Of a stretch of 64,000 nucleotides of DNA, positions 9,955 to 20,077 are shown piece after piece. The stretch lies in the IMG/VR virus record IMGVR_UViG_3300037067_013742, positions 128,001 through 192,000 of that record; one strand, given 5' to 3'. The position numbers were made by a program, and so were the translations under genes. The DNA comes from a virus (lineage: Duplodnaviria; Caudoviricetes). How positions within the stretch are numbered: position 1 is the first letter of the stretch; every line of letters begins with the position of its first letter. The notes beneath the pieces were generated by a model, which ran no database searches, had not been told where the DNA came from, and saw only the letters and a list, made by a program, of their open reading frames with translations.

Positions 9955-11082
9955 TTGTACCTTAAGAATGGCGTGTGGGTTAAAGGTCCTCCTCCAAAGA
10001 GTGTATCTACTAGTGGCCCAAAGGTTACTACTCATCAGGCGCAAAGAACAGCTGTTGTTTCGTCTCCTAGAAGGCTAGATGCTCTTTTAAGGGGCAGAGC
10101 TCGGATTTGTATTAATCGTTCGCTCGGCGGATTGGGAGACATAATTATGGCCACCCCTATTGCGAGGGGCATTAAGAGGAAGCATCCAGAGAGCCACGTA
10201 ACTTATGCAGTGCCTACTGACTATGCTGGTGGGGATCTCTTAGATCTACTTCTTTATAACCCATATATAGATGAGATCATAGATTATAAGATTGTTAGTC
10301 GTGATGACTATGATGCCTTTGCAGATATAACCAGAGCTGGTCTGGCCGAAGAAGTTCGCGCGGCAAAAAATAGAGTTGTTCCTAAGAATAGGATTGATCT
10401 CTTCTCTGAAGAGTCTGGCTTTCCTCTTTACGGAATGACTCGTCCTATTTACGTTATGCTCGAAGAAGAGAGAGCCTGGGGCAAAGATTTTGCAGCAAAA
10501 CAAGTTGCTGGCAAAAAACCAAGGGGACTAATTGCAGTCCATCTTCGGTCTAACGACCCCAAGAGGACTTGGCCAAAAGATCGTGTCAGAGAATTTCTGA
10601 CACTATGTGCAAAGCACAACTACCATACATTTCTATTTGGCTGGGGTGATAATGCCGATGAATGGAGAATAAGTGGAACCACGCTTGTCTTCAACTATAA
10701 GATTAGGCAGGCCGCTGCTATTTTAGATGCTTGTGATCTTCTTGTTTGTCCCGACAGCTCGATGCTCCATCTCGCTGGAGCGTTAAATAAAAGAATAGTT
10801 TCTCTGTTTGGGTCAATGCCACCAGCCTGTAGAATCAATCATTACCCCAACGCCATTGCGGTAGTAAACCAAAAGCTATCTTGTCTTGGCTGTCTCTATG
10901 AACCTTGTCACCAAAATTTCTACTGTATGTCTAGTCTCTTACCAGAGGCCGTTCTTTCTGCCGTAGAGATGCAGCTGAAGCAAGACATAAGACAGCCTAA
11001 TTTGCCAGAGAGTATAGTTGTAAACTCTTCTAGCTTCGAGCAGGATATCTTAGGCACAGAAATAAAGTCTTTCGAAATCTAG
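9955..11082 (+). CDS. Glycosyltransferase family 9 (heptosyltransferase-like)
   Basis: GLGDIIMATP, KRTWP and DSSMLHLAGAL motifs typical of WaaC/WaaF-like GT9. Confidence 0.8.
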   Translation: MYLKNGVWVKGPPPKSVSTSGPKVTTHQAQRTAVVSSPRRLDALLRGRARICINRSLGGLGDIIMATPIARGIKRKHPESHVTYAVPTDYAGGDLLDLLLYNPYIDEIIDYKIVSRDDYDAFADITRAGLAEEVRAAKNRVVPKNRIDLFSEESGFPLYGMTRPIYVMLEEERAWGKDFAAKQVAGKKPRGLIAVHLRSNDPKRTWPKDRVREFLTLCAKHNYHTFLFGWGDNADEWRISGTTLVFNYKIRQAAAILDACDLLVCPDSSMLHLAGALNKRIVSLFGSMPPACRINHYPNAIAVVNQKLSCLGCLYEPCHQNFYCMSSLLPEAVLSAVEMQLKQDIRQPNLPESIVVNSSSFEQDILGTEIKSFEI

Positions 11083-11101
11083 AAAGTGTTATTATTTTCA
11101 C

Positions 11102-13603
11102 ATGCAAAATAGCGCTCTCTTTCCATTAAAAGTTTTGTGGACTGGAGCGGTTCCAGATCTTAGTGGGTATGGTTCGGCTTCTAGGGAATATGTTCGGTCT
11201 TTAGATGCTGTTGGCGTTGATGTTGCGGTAGACGCAAAAAGTTTTGAGCCATGGAAATCTAACCTATTAGTTGAACAGATTTTAGATCGCAGGATGTACT
11301 CTCTTATGGCAAAGGATAAGGGAGCCCCCATCCATGTAATACATCTTACTCCCGAGAACTATCCTCCTTATGCTTCTAACAATAAAGCTCGGATTGGTTA
11401 TTATGCTTGGGAAACATCTAAACTTCCAAAGAGTTGGGTTGCTGCAATAGCCAAAACCGTACAGGAAGTCTGGGTTCCCTGCCAATACTTGGCCGACGTT
11501 TCTATTAACTCTGGCGTTACCTGTCCAGTTGTTGTAGTTCCTCACGCAATCCCTCTTCCACCAGAGGGCTGGGTACCCAAGAGTAAGATTAAGGTTCCCG
11601 AGGAAAAGTTTAAGTTTTACTCAATCTTCCAGTGGAGTGAGAGAAAATGTCCTCAAGCTATACTAAGAGCTTACTATGAGGAGTTCTCCCGAGAGGAAAA
11701 TGTTTGTCTTGTCCTAAAGACCTATAGACGCGGTGGAGATGTACGGGAAAGAGATATCGTTCGAAATGAGATTGCCAAGATTAAGAGGGAGATAAAGGGC
11801 CCGGCCTGTCCTCCAGTCGTGCTGATTGAAGAGATGCTTGGTATGTCTGAAGTTTACTCTATCCATTATCACTGTGACTGTTACGTAAGTATGGCTCGCT
11901 CAGAAGGCTTTTGCTGGGTGCCAGATACCCTTGTTGATACATTTGTCGGAATGAAACCTATCAAGAACGTGGAAAAGGGGGATACCGTCCTCTCCCATAC
12001 CGGAGTTCCGAGAGAAGTTTCTGGCTTGACTACTCGTGAGTATTCTGGTGACCTTATACAGTTTAGGGCCTATGGAAATAACATTCCGTATCTTGGGACT
12101 CCCAATCATTTGCATTTCTTTGCTAAGAGGAATGGTCGTAGATGGGATAGCCTTAATGCTAAGAATGTCCTTCCTTCTTGGAGGCCTCTATCAGAGTTAG
12201 AGAGCGGCGATTTTGTTGCTATCCCTCGGCTGAGGTCTACTAGTTTCCCGGCTACCAATGAGATAGATGTTCTTTCTAAAATTACCTCTACTGAATGTAG
12301 AGAAATTCAATTTCATAGTGATGGTCGGTTTTCGCTTAAGGGAAGCTATAAGCAAGAAGAAGGGGCTGTTACTTTACAAGTTGTTGCCAATCATTGTGGT
12401 TGTAGTTTCCAGACTGTTTCTCGGGCATTGCAAGAGACCGAGTCTAGTTGCCCGACTTATGAAGGGGCAAGAAATATGGCCAAAGAGCTGAGCTATATTT
12501 GCGGTCAACCAATGTCAGCTTCTCAGAAAATTTGGTTGGACGATGAGGTCGGTGAATTCTTTGGCCTTTATTTAGCCGAGGGTTGTAGATGTAACGGTTT
12601 TATAGAGTTTGCATCTCACGAAGAAGAGGGTTGGGCAAGAGAGTTAGAGGCGAGGCTTTCTACTAAACTCTTCGGTTCGACAGTTAAAAGTACGAGGCGT
12701 AGTAGGTCGGGCTGGCAGACGACAGCAACCGGAAAAATTATATCCGAGTTCTTTGGTAATTATTTCGGTGGGAAGTGTCAAGAGAAGCATATTCCGATTG
12801 AGCTATGGACCTCACCATGTATTAAGGGGTTAATCCGCGGCCTGTTTTATGGAGATGGACACCAGTGTAAAAAGTCGGGGCGATTCTCTTTTAACTCATC
12901 TTCATCTCGTCTTGCTCTAGATATACGTCTTATTCTTCTAATGAATGGGATCGTGACTCGTCTCGATGTAAGAAGGGCTGATGTAAAGAGGCCAAGTGAT
13001 AACTACACAATTCAGATCGCGGCTGAGCATTCCCGACGTTTTTGGGATCTCTTTGCTCCGAAGAAGTACTATGTTCTTACTGAGCCGTTAGGCACTAATC
13101 GGTGTTCTAATATTCTAGAGTCTCCAGAATATTTTTTGGTTCCTGTTAGGGAAGTATCCAGGACTTTTTATAGGGGCCCAGTCTATAACCTTCATGTCGA
13201 TACTGATGAAAGTTATACCGTTTCCGGTATCGCCACTCATAACTGTATCCCTGTTTTTGAAGCAGCCGCTATGGGGAAGCCAGTTATAGTACCTAACTAC
13301 TCTGCTTTTCCAGAACACTTTAATGATTGGAATAGCTATCTAGTCGATGTGCCCAACGAAATATCTGTTGGTAATATGTCTCATATATCTCCCTTATATA
13401 CTGGAGATATGCTTTGGGGCGACCCATCTATTCCTTCTTGCCGGCAAAAGATGCGAGAAGTATTTGGCAATCAAGAAGCTGCCAAAGAAAAGGGTAGACT
13501 AGCTAAAGAGTACGTTAAAGAATATCTAAACTATGAGGCGATTGGGAGGATAATGAAAGGTCGTCTCGAGAGTATTTATCGTGGAATGATTGGAGAGAAG
13601 TAA
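11102..13603 (+). CDS. GT4-like glycosyltransferase interrupted by an intein
   Basis: SGYG N-terminal motif; spliced junction restores SEGF-CIPVFEA (EX7E); extein 389 aa. Confidence 0.85.
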   Translation: MQNSALFPLKVLWTGAVPDLSGYGSASREYVRSLDAVGVDVAVDAKSFEPWKSNLLVEQILDRRMYSLMAKDKGAPIHVIHLTPENYPPYASNNKARIGYYAWETSKLPKSWVAAIAKTVQEVWVPCQYLADVSINSGVTCPVVVVPHAIPLPPEGWVPKSKIKVPEEKFKFYSIFQWSERKCPQAILRAYYEEFSREENVCLVLKTYRRGGDVRERDIVRNEIAKIKREIKGPACPPVVLIEEMLGMSEVYSIHYHCDCYVSMARSEGFCWVPDTLVDTFVGMKPIKNVEKGDTVLSHTGVPREVSGLTTREYSGDLIQFRAYGNNIPYLGTPNHLHFFAKRNGRRWDSLNAKNVLPSWRPLSELESGDFVAIPRLRSTSFPATNEIDVLSKITSTECREIQFHSDGRFSLKGSYKQEEGAVTLQVVANHCGCSFQTVSRALQETESSCPTYEGARNMAKELSYICGQPMSASQKIWLDDEVGEFFGLYLAEGCRCNGFIEFASHEEEGWARELEARLSTKLFGSTVKSTRRSRSGWQTTATGKIISEFFGNYFGGKCQEKHIPIELWTSPCIKGLIRGLFYGDGHQCKKSGRFSFNSSSSRLALDIRLILLMNGIVTRLDVRRADVKRPSDNYTIQIAAEHSRRFWDLFAPKKYYVLTEPLGTNRCSNILESPEYFLVPVREVSRTFYRGPVYNLHVDTDESYTVSGIATHNCIPVFEAAAMGKPVIVPNYSAFPEHFNDWNSYLVDVPNEISVGNMSHISPLYTGDMLWGDPSIPSCRQKMREVFGNQEAAKEKGRLAKEYVKEYLNYEAIGRIMKGRLESIYRGMIGEK
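11912..13243 (+). mobile_element. Intein (444 aa) with LAGLIDADG homing endonuclease
   Basis: Starts CWVPDTLV, block B TPNH, LAGLIDADG motifs FFGLYLAEG and IRGLFYGDG, ends VYNLHV...ATHN followed by Cys. Confidence 0.92.
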
Positions 13604-13604
13604 T

Positions 13605-14261
13605 ATGGCATATAGCCTAGATACTAAACAAGTAGAAGAGATAAAAGCCCTAAGAATATCTGGAGAGACTTATGCTTCTATAGCCAAAAAGTTTGGCGTT
13701 ACTTTTCAGCATATAGAGGCAATCTGTTCTGGCCGGAGAAAGAAGCTAAGTGTATCAGTAGATCTTCCTGGCGAAGACTGGAGACTAATTAGTTCAATTC
13801 CAGTTTTGCTTGCTAGTAACCTAGGTCGAATAAAGAGGATTGAGACTGGAAGGGTGCTTAAGATTAGAGTAGATCCTCATGGGTATAATACTGTTAGTTT
13901 CTCTTTTGAGTCTAAGAAAAGATTAAAGCTTGTTCACCGACTAATAGCCGAAGCCTGGTTAGGTTCTTGTCCCAGTGAGAAACAAGTTAATCATAAGGAT
14001 GGAAACAAGAGTAATAACACACCACAAAACCTTGAGTACCTCTTTCCAGGAGAGAATGATCTTCATGCTTATAGAACTGGCCTTAAAGATGCCAAAGGCG
14101 AAAAGAATGGTAGAGCAAAACTAACTGAGGAGGTTATTAAGAAGATCAGGGCTCTTGCTTCTAATGGGGATCACTATAGCCAGATTGCTGGGTCTTTTGG
14201 GATTACACCATCCCACTGTCATGCAATCATTACTAAGAAGTGCTGGCGTCATGTGGTATAA
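13605..14261 (+). CDS. Free-standing HNH homing endonuclease (NUMOD4-type) with HTH domains
   Basis: EDWRLI...SNLGRIK, VHRLIAEAW, VNHKDGNKSNN..NLEY. Confidence 0.85.
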   Translation: MAYSLDTKQVEEIKALRISGETYASIAKKFGVTFQHIEAICSGRRKKLSVSVDLPGEDWRLISSIPVLLASNLGRIKRIETGRVLKIRVDPHGYNTVSFSFESKKRLKLVHRLIAEAWLGSCPSEKQVNHKDGNKSNNTPQNLEYLFPGENDLHAYRTGLKDAKGEKNGRAKLTEEVIKKIRALASNGDHYSQIAGSFGITPSHCHAIITKKCWRHVV

Positions 14262-14262
14262 T
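14252..14262 (+). promoter_or_regulatory. Extended -10 element (TGTGGTATAAT) upstream of 14284
   Basis: TGn-TATAAT overlapping the HNH stop codon, 21 nt before the next ATG. Confidence 0.45.
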
Positions 14263-14283
14263 GTCATCAACGGTTAAAAGACA

Positions 14284-15321
14284 ATGAAAATCCTATACTT
14301 GAGCGCACATTCTATTTTGGAGTATGATGAGGTTAAATTACTTCACGAATTGGGTCACCAGGTCTTCTCTCCCGGTGCTTATGTAGAGCCTGCTAACCCT
14401 GGTGATGCTTCTCTTCGACCCTCCATCTCTGGTCTTGTATATGATCCAGAGATTCTTCGGCAGTATCATTTACTTGGAGCTGCCTTTCCCGGACAGGATG
14501 GAAAGGACCATCTCTCTAAATCTTTTGTAGATAACTTTGACGTTGTTGTTGTTATGCATATGCCTCGATGGATTGAGAATAACTGGGAGGCGATGAAACA
14601 CAAAAAAGTCATCTGGAGAACTATCGGTCAGTCGGTTGCTTCTGTAGAGCAGAATATGAAGAAGTATGTAGACCAGGGACTCGTTGTTCTTCGCTATTCT
14701 CCTAACGAGGCAAACATTCCTCACTTCTGTGGGCAGCATGGCCTTATCAGATTCGGTAAAGATCCAGAGGTTTATAAGGGCTGGACTGGCGAGAAACAGT
14801 TTGTAATTAACTTTACCCAAAGTATGCAACAGCGAGGTACTGCTTGTGGGTATAAGATCTTTGATGAGGTAACTAAAATCTTTCCGAGGAAGTTGTTCGG
14901 ACCAGAAAACAATCAGCCTGGTTTTGGTATGGGTAAAGTTAGCTTTGAACAACAGGTGGAAGAGCTACAGAAGAACAGATGTTATTTTTATACTGGGACT
15001 CATCCAGCTTCTTATACTCTTAATTATATAGAAGCGGCAATGACTGGAATTCCAGTGGTAGCTATTGGTCCCCAAAATGGAAATGCCGAGTATTGGCGAA
15101 ATCACAATTTATATGAGGTACATAATCTTATCCAAGATGGAGTGAATGGCTTTGTATCTGATGATCCTAATATTCTAAGAAAGAGAGTAAGGGACCTACT
15201 AGCCGACAAGGCTTTGGCCGACAGGGTATCAGAGGCGGGTCGAAAAGAGGCGATAAAGCATTTTGGAGTAGATATGATCCGTGCTGCTTGGGGAGACTTC
15301 CTAAAGAGGGTAGTAGGATGA
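14284..15321 (+). CDS. GT-B (GT4-like) glycosyltransferase
   Basis: IEAAMTGIPVV and IQDGVNGF C-terminal motifs. Confidence 0.75.
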   Translation: MKILYLSAHSILEYDEVKLLHELGHQVFSPGAYVEPANPGDASLRPSISGLVYDPEILRQYHLLGAAFPGQDGKDHLSKSFVDNFDVVVVMHMPRWIENNWEAMKHKKVIWRTIGQSVASVEQNMKKYVDQGLVVLRYSPNEANIPHFCGQHGLIRFGKDPEVYKGWTGEKQFVINFTQSMQQRGTACGYKIFDEVTKIFPRKLFGPENNQPGFGMGKVSFEQQVEELQKNRCYFYTGTHPASYTLNYIEAAMTGIPVVAIGPQNGNAEYWRNHNLYEVHNLIQDGVNGFVSDDPNILRKRVRDLLADKALADRVSEAGRKEAIKHFGVDMIRAAWGDFLKRVVG

Positions 15322-16025
15322 AAGATTTAGTCTATACAGATAAGGGCTCTAAGAATTGGCTATTTGAGAAGTATTACTTTGGTGGACAGAACTATAGATA
15401 CTTTACATTTCAATTAGCCCTAAACCTTCTAAAGCAGAGGCATCCAAATCCAATAATCATCGAGACTGGCTGTCAGCGAATGAAGGATGATCTTGGGGCA
15501 GGGATGTCTACCTCGATCTGGGGAGAATACTGTCAACGATATGGGGGTCATCTGACTTCAGTAGATATCTCTGGACAGAACCTAACGGTATGTAAGGAAT
15601 GCACCGCACAATACGCTGGTCTTATTACATATATCCAAAGTGACTCTATTGCTTTTCTCTCTGGCAAGAGAGGAGCTGCCGATCTCCTATATCTAGATAG
15701 TCTAGATTATGACTATGGTGGTCTTCTGAATATCTATGGTGGGGCAGCCGATATAAATGCGGCCATCAAAGCTGTTGACGCAATTCCTCAAGACGAGCTT
15801 CTAAAGAAGCACTCCAATATTATCCTTCCTGCTCAGCAGCATTGTCTCAGTGAACTAAAAGCAGCTGAGAAGTCAGGGATTATAAAGGCAGATACAATCC
15901 TAATGATTGATGATAATCAGCTTCCTGGAGGTGGAAAGTCTAGATTAGTTAAGGACTATCTAGCAAGTACGGGGTGGACTTGTCTGCTTGATCACCAGCA
16001 GACCTTGTGGGTTAGGAAGCTATAG
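15318..16025 (+). CDS. Class I SAM-dependent methyltransferase
   Basis: IIETG, SVDI, DS, LLYLDS, IDD motifs; ATGA overlap with upstream gene. Confidence 0.7.
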   Translation: MKDLVYTDKGSKNWLFEKYYFGGQNYRYFTFQLALNLLKQRHPNPIIIETGCQRMKDDLGAGMSTSIWGEYCQRYGGHLTSVDISGQNLTVCKECTAQYAGLITYIQSDSIAFLSGKRGAADLLYLDSLDYDYGGLLNIYGGAADINAAIKAVDAIPQDELLKKHSNIILPAQQHCLSELKAAEKSGIIKADTILMIDDNQLPGGGKSRLVKDYLASTGWTCLLDHQQTLWVRKL

Positions 16026-16046
16026 AGTTTAGGAGTGGAGTTAATA

Positions 16047-17045
16047 ATGAGTAGGACCGTGTTAGTTACTGGCGGCGCTGGCTTTATTGGCCATCATCTG
16101 ATTCAGCACTTGCTAGAGAAGACAGACTACAATGTTATCTCTCTAGATCGGCTGGATACCTCCGGGAACTTGTCTCGGCTTGCTGATATTTTGGAGGGAA
16201 ACCCACAATGGGTTTCTAGGCTAAGAATCGTATGGCACGATCTAAAGGCTGAGATTAATGACCTTATTGCAAAAGATATTGGTCCGGTTGACTTCGTTCT
16301 ACATCTGGCCGCTGGATCTCACGTTGATAGAAGCATTGATGACCCAATGTCCTTTGTAATGGATAACGTTGTTGGTACCTGTAACATCCTTAACTATGCG
16401 AGACTAAAGCTTAAGGACCTTAGACTCTTTCTATACTTTAGTACAGACGAAGTGTTTGGCCCTGCCGCAGAAGGGGTCTTCTTTAAAGAGGACGATAGGT
16501 ACAATTGTGGAAATCCTTATGCGGCATGTAAGGCTGGTGGAGAGCAGCTTGCTGTTGCTTTTGAGAATACCTATAGGATGCCTATCATTATTACGCATGC
16601 AATGAATCTTTTTGGGATTCGCCAGCATCCAGAGAAATTTATCCCTATGGTAATTAGGAAGGTTCTTAATAACGAGACCGTTATGATTCATGCGAACAAG
16701 GACTGTTCTCAAGCTGGGAGGAGACACTACTTAAACACAACTGACCTTTGCGAGGGCGTTCTTTTCCTTATGGAAAAGGGAATATCAGGTCAGAAGTATA
16801 ATCTAGTCGGAGAGAGAGAAGTTGATAACTTACAACTAGCCCAGATGATTGCTGGGATTCTAGGTAGAGAGCTCTCATATAAAATGATTGACTTCCATTC
16901 ATCTCGTCCTGGTCATGATCTTCGTTATGCTTTAGATGGAACAAAGATGGCTATGCTTGGATGGACGCCACAGAAGAAAGTAGAAGAAAGACTTAAAGAG
17001 GTAGTAGAATGGACCGTTACGCATACAAAGTGGCTTGATATTTAG
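16047..17045 (+). CDS. rmlB: NDP-sugar 4,6-dehydratase (RmlB-like extended SDR)
   Basis: GGAGFIG, AAGSHVDRSI, STDEV, YAACK, RPGHDLRY. Confidence 0.85.
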   Translation: MSRTVLVTGGAGFIGHHLIQHLLEKTDYNVISLDRLDTSGNLSRLADILEGNPQWVSRLRIVWHDLKAEINDLIAKDIGPVDFVLHLAAGSHVDRSIDDPMSFVMDNVVGTCNILNYARLKLKDLRLFLYFSTDEVFGPAAEGVFFKEDDRYNCGNPYAACKAGGEQLAVAFENTYRMPIIITHAMNLFGIRQHPEKFIPMVIRKVLNNETVMIHANKDCSQAGRRHYLNTTDLCEGVLFLMEKGISGQKYNLVGEREVDNLQLAQMIAGILGRELSYKMIDFHSSRPGHDLRYALDGTKMAMLGWTPQKKVEERLKEVVEWTVTHTKWLDI

Positions 17046-17052
17046 GAGCAGA

Positions 17053-18177
17053 ATGATGCAGATAGAACTTTTTAAGCCCTTCTATGGAGTAGAAGAGATC
17101 CTTGCTCTCGAAGAAGCAATTAAGAGCGACTGGTGGACCCTCGGTCCTCGAACTGCCAAGTTTGAAAGCGAATTTGGTTCCTTCTTGGGCTGCGAGCATG
17201 TTGTTGCTCTAAACTCCTGTACTGCTGCCCTAGACCTAGCTTTAAAGCTTCTAGATATAAAAGACGGTGACGAAGTTCTTATTCCCGCTCTTACTTTTAT
17301 TTCTACCGCACATGCAGCTATGTATAATCGGGCAACCCCAGTCTTCTGTGATATTGACCCAGATACACTTCTTCTTAGTCTCTCTGATGTTAAGAAGAAG
17401 ATTACACACAAGACCAAGGTCGTTATGGCGGTCCATTATGGGGGAAGATGTGTTGACATTAGTGAGCTTCGGAAGGTAGTTGGGCCAGACATCTTTATTG
17501 TTGAAGACTGTGCTCACGCTGCCGGTAGTAAGCTGAATGGTCTTTATGCTGGAACGATGGGAGATATTGGTTGCTTCTCTTTTCACGCCGTGAAGAACCT
17601 AGCTACAGGAGATGGAGGGGCTTTAACTACTAAGGATCGTTCTATCGCAACTAGAGCCAAGCGGTTAAGATGGCTTGGTATAGATAAAGGTACTTGGGAT
17701 CGAACTGGGGTAGATCGATCTTATTGGTGGGAATATCAAGTAGATGAGGTTGGCTATAAATATCATATGAATGACCTTACCGCGTCTCTAGCTTCTGTCC
17801 AATTAGGAAGGCTAGCTAAAGCTAATGAACGTCGAGCAGAGATAGCTTCCGTTTACTTCTCAGAGCTAGAAGGCATTAATGAGATTCGTTTTCCTGTTAT
17901 GTCGCAGAATACAAAAGATTCCATTAACAGTTGGCACCTTTATCCAATTAGGGCTTGTCGACGAGATGACCTTAGCTCCTATCTTAAAGGAAGAGGTGTT
18001 ACTACCGGAGTCCACTACAAGCCTATTCATTTGTATAAGTGTTATGGTGATCAGCCCTCTCTTCCAATTGTAGAAGCAGAGTGGAAAGAGTTGCTGAGTC
18101 TTCCAATGCATCCAAGTCTTAGTAATGAAGAAGTTGTATTCGTATGCGCTGAGATTAAACGGTTTTATGGCTTATAG
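17053..18177 (+). CDS. DegT/DnrJ/EryC1/StrS PLP sugar aminotransferase
   Basis: NSCTAAL, EDCAHA, FSFHAVKNL, GDGG motifs. Confidence 0.9.
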   Translation: MMQIELFKPFYGVEEILALEEAIKSDWWTLGPRTAKFESEFGSFLGCEHVVALNSCTAALDLALKLLDIKDGDEVLIPALTFISTAHAAMYNRATPVFCDIDPDTLLLSLSDVKKKITHKTKVVMAVHYGGRCVDISELRKVVGPDIFIVEDCAHAAGSKLNGLYAGTMGDIGCFSFHAVKNLATGDGGALTTKDRSIATRAKRLRWLGIDKGTWDRTGVDRSYWWEYQVDEVGYKYHMNDLTASLASVQLGRLAKANERRAEIASVYFSELEGINEIRFPVMSQNTKDSINSWHLYPIRACRRDDLSSYLKGRGVTTGVHYKPIHLYKCYGDQPSLPIVEAEWKELLSLPMHPSLSNEEVVFVCAEIKRFYGL

Positions 18178-18186
18178 GAGTTTTAT

Positions 18187-18891
18187 ATGCAGCAATTTAC
18201 AATTCACCCAATGATACATAGAGCTGGCTTGGGTGGAATGGATCAGTATGCGGGTGGGACAGATAAGACAATTAGTGGTCAGGGATATGTTGCTCATTAT
18301 GATGCGTACTTCAATCACCTAAGATCTCAAAAAGTTAGGCTATTAGAGCTTGGGATTGGATGCTCTCACGAATGTCCCTCCCTCCGGATGTGGGAGAAGT
18401 ACTTTCCTAATGGCGATATCTTTGGCGTGGATATTACTCCAGCCGTAGCGAGCTACCAAGGTAGAGCTAAGACTATTGTTGGTAATTTAGAGGATCCTCT
18501 AGTTGTCGCTAATATCAAAGCAGCCGTAGGCATTTGCGATATTATTATAGATGACGCATCTCACCATGTTATACAACAACAAAAACTTTTCAAAGAGTTT
18601 TGGCCAATGGTTAAGAACAATGGCCTCTATGTTATAGAGGATCTTTGTGGTTCATATATGAAAGCCTTTGGTGGTGGGTATAAGCAAAAAGATACAACGA
18701 TGGAAATGCTAAAGAGTCTCATAGACTGTGTGAACCATGCGTTTTATAAGGTAACATCCTTTTGGCCTCATATGGCTCAGTATGGAGAGGCCCCAGTATC
18801 CGATTCCGTGACAGCATATGATAAAGAGATTGCTTCAATGCATTTCTATCGTAATATAGCCTTTATATTCAAAGGAGTTCCTAGTGAGTAG
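18187..18891 (+). CDS. SAM-dependent sugar O-methyltransferase-like
   Basis: TDK, LLELGIG, SLRMW, DIIIDDASH, GLYVIEDL. Confidence 0.75.
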   Translation: MQQFTIHPMIHRAGLGGMDQYAGGTDKTISGQGYVAHYDAYFNHLRSQKVRLLELGIGCSHECPSLRMWEKYFPNGDIFGVDITPAVASYQGRAKTIVGNLEDPLVVANIKAAVGICDIIIDDASHHVIQQQKLFKEFWPMVKNNGLYVIEDLCGSYMKAFGGGYKQKDTTMEMLKSLIDCVNHAFYKVTSFWPHMAQYGEAPVSDSVTAYDKEIASMHFYRNIAFIFKGVPSE

Positions 18892-20077
18892 CACTTGTAT
18901 GACGGTCTGTTTTTCCGGAGATCGGAATGACCTACCTCTTGTTTTTGTTGCCGCTTGGAGAAAGTTTATTGAGCGGCATAAAAAAGAGCTACCATTTGAC
19001 GTTGTCTTTATCCACGGAGGCTTTGATGAGACAAAGTTTAATGCCGCTGTAGGTGGGGTCGTTCCGACCTATTCCCTCCCTGGATGGGACAAAAGCTTTG
19101 GTGTTGTATATCCGTCTATGGTCTACGCTTCTGGGTATAAGTACGTTCTTCATATAGATCATGATGCCTTTCCCTCTATTGCAATGCTGAGAGCAGTTAA
19201 CGATCTTCTTGATGAGCATGGGGAGATCGACTTTATGGGCCCGACTAATTTTCCGAGAAGCGTTAATATTCAAGGGTCCGACTTAACAAGAACAAAGTAT
19301 TGTTCAAAAAAGATAATTAACGGAAAGCTTACGATTAGTCACTTTCCATTTGGGATTCCATCAGATGATGGAGACTTTTGGGTAATGAAAAGGGATCTAT
19401 TTTTTGATGCTCAGGCATTAATGTTAGCAAATCTGAAGAGTAAGTATGGAGATGTTCGGCAGGTAAACCAGATAATAAACCATACTCTTACCTATGGAGA
19501 GACCTGTAATATACTTGGCGCCTCTTCTGAGGAGATTCCAACGGGTGTTAGTCAGGATCGTCTTTGGCTTGATGGCGCCTTTCAGGGAGATCTTTGGGTA
19601 TGGATATGTTCTCAGAGACCTCAGGGGGCTGGAATTCTCTCTCCTAGCGGAATTTCCTTTCGGAAGAAGAACCATCTTCGGGATGCCTTTAGTACTATCC
19701 ATCCTGTTAAATGGAGTGAATTAGTAGATACAGATGACGCCTCTTTTCCTTATAAACTAAACGCCTATAATGATGAGTTATTTCATCTGCAGTCTGGATA
19801 CATATCCTGGTGGTATTTACAACCGATGATTGGTAATCAGCCAGACCCATACTGCAGCTTGTTCCAGCACTTCCGTCCTCCTTTCGAATTTTTCTATTGT
19901 CAACACTTTGCGGCAGTATACCTATTGGCCCAACATAATATGCCAGATCTTGCACGTCAGATGGAGGTCTCAATGGGAAAATTGCTTGAGCATAAAGGAG
20001 TTGATCAGCAGGAATTCTGGAGGAAGATTGCGTTAGTACAAGCGTATAGTGCCGAACCCTTGAAGGAGTACATATGA
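18884..20077 (+). CDS. Putative GT-A glycosyltransferase
   Basis: YVLHIDHDAF DxD motif after a beta strand; context. Confidence 0.45.
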   Translation: MSSTCMTVCFSGDRNDLPLVFVAAWRKFIERHKKELPFDVVFIHGGFDETKFNAAVGGVVPTYSLPGWDKSFGVVYPSMVYASGYKYVLHIDHDAFPSIAMLRAVNDLLDEHGEIDFMGPTNFPRSVNIQGSDLTRTKYCSKKIINGKLTISHFPFGIPSDDGDFWVMKRDLFFDAQALMLANLKSKYGDVRQVNQIINHTLTYGETCNILGASSEEIPTGVSQDRLWLDGAFQGDLWVWICSQRPQGAGILSPSGISFRKKNHLRDAFSTIHPVKWSELVDTDDASFPYKLNAYNDELFHLQSGYISWWYLQPMIGNQPDPYCSLFQHFRPPFEFFYCQHFAAVYLLAQHNMPDLARQMEVSMGKLLEHKGVDQQEFWRKIALVQAYSAEPLKEYI

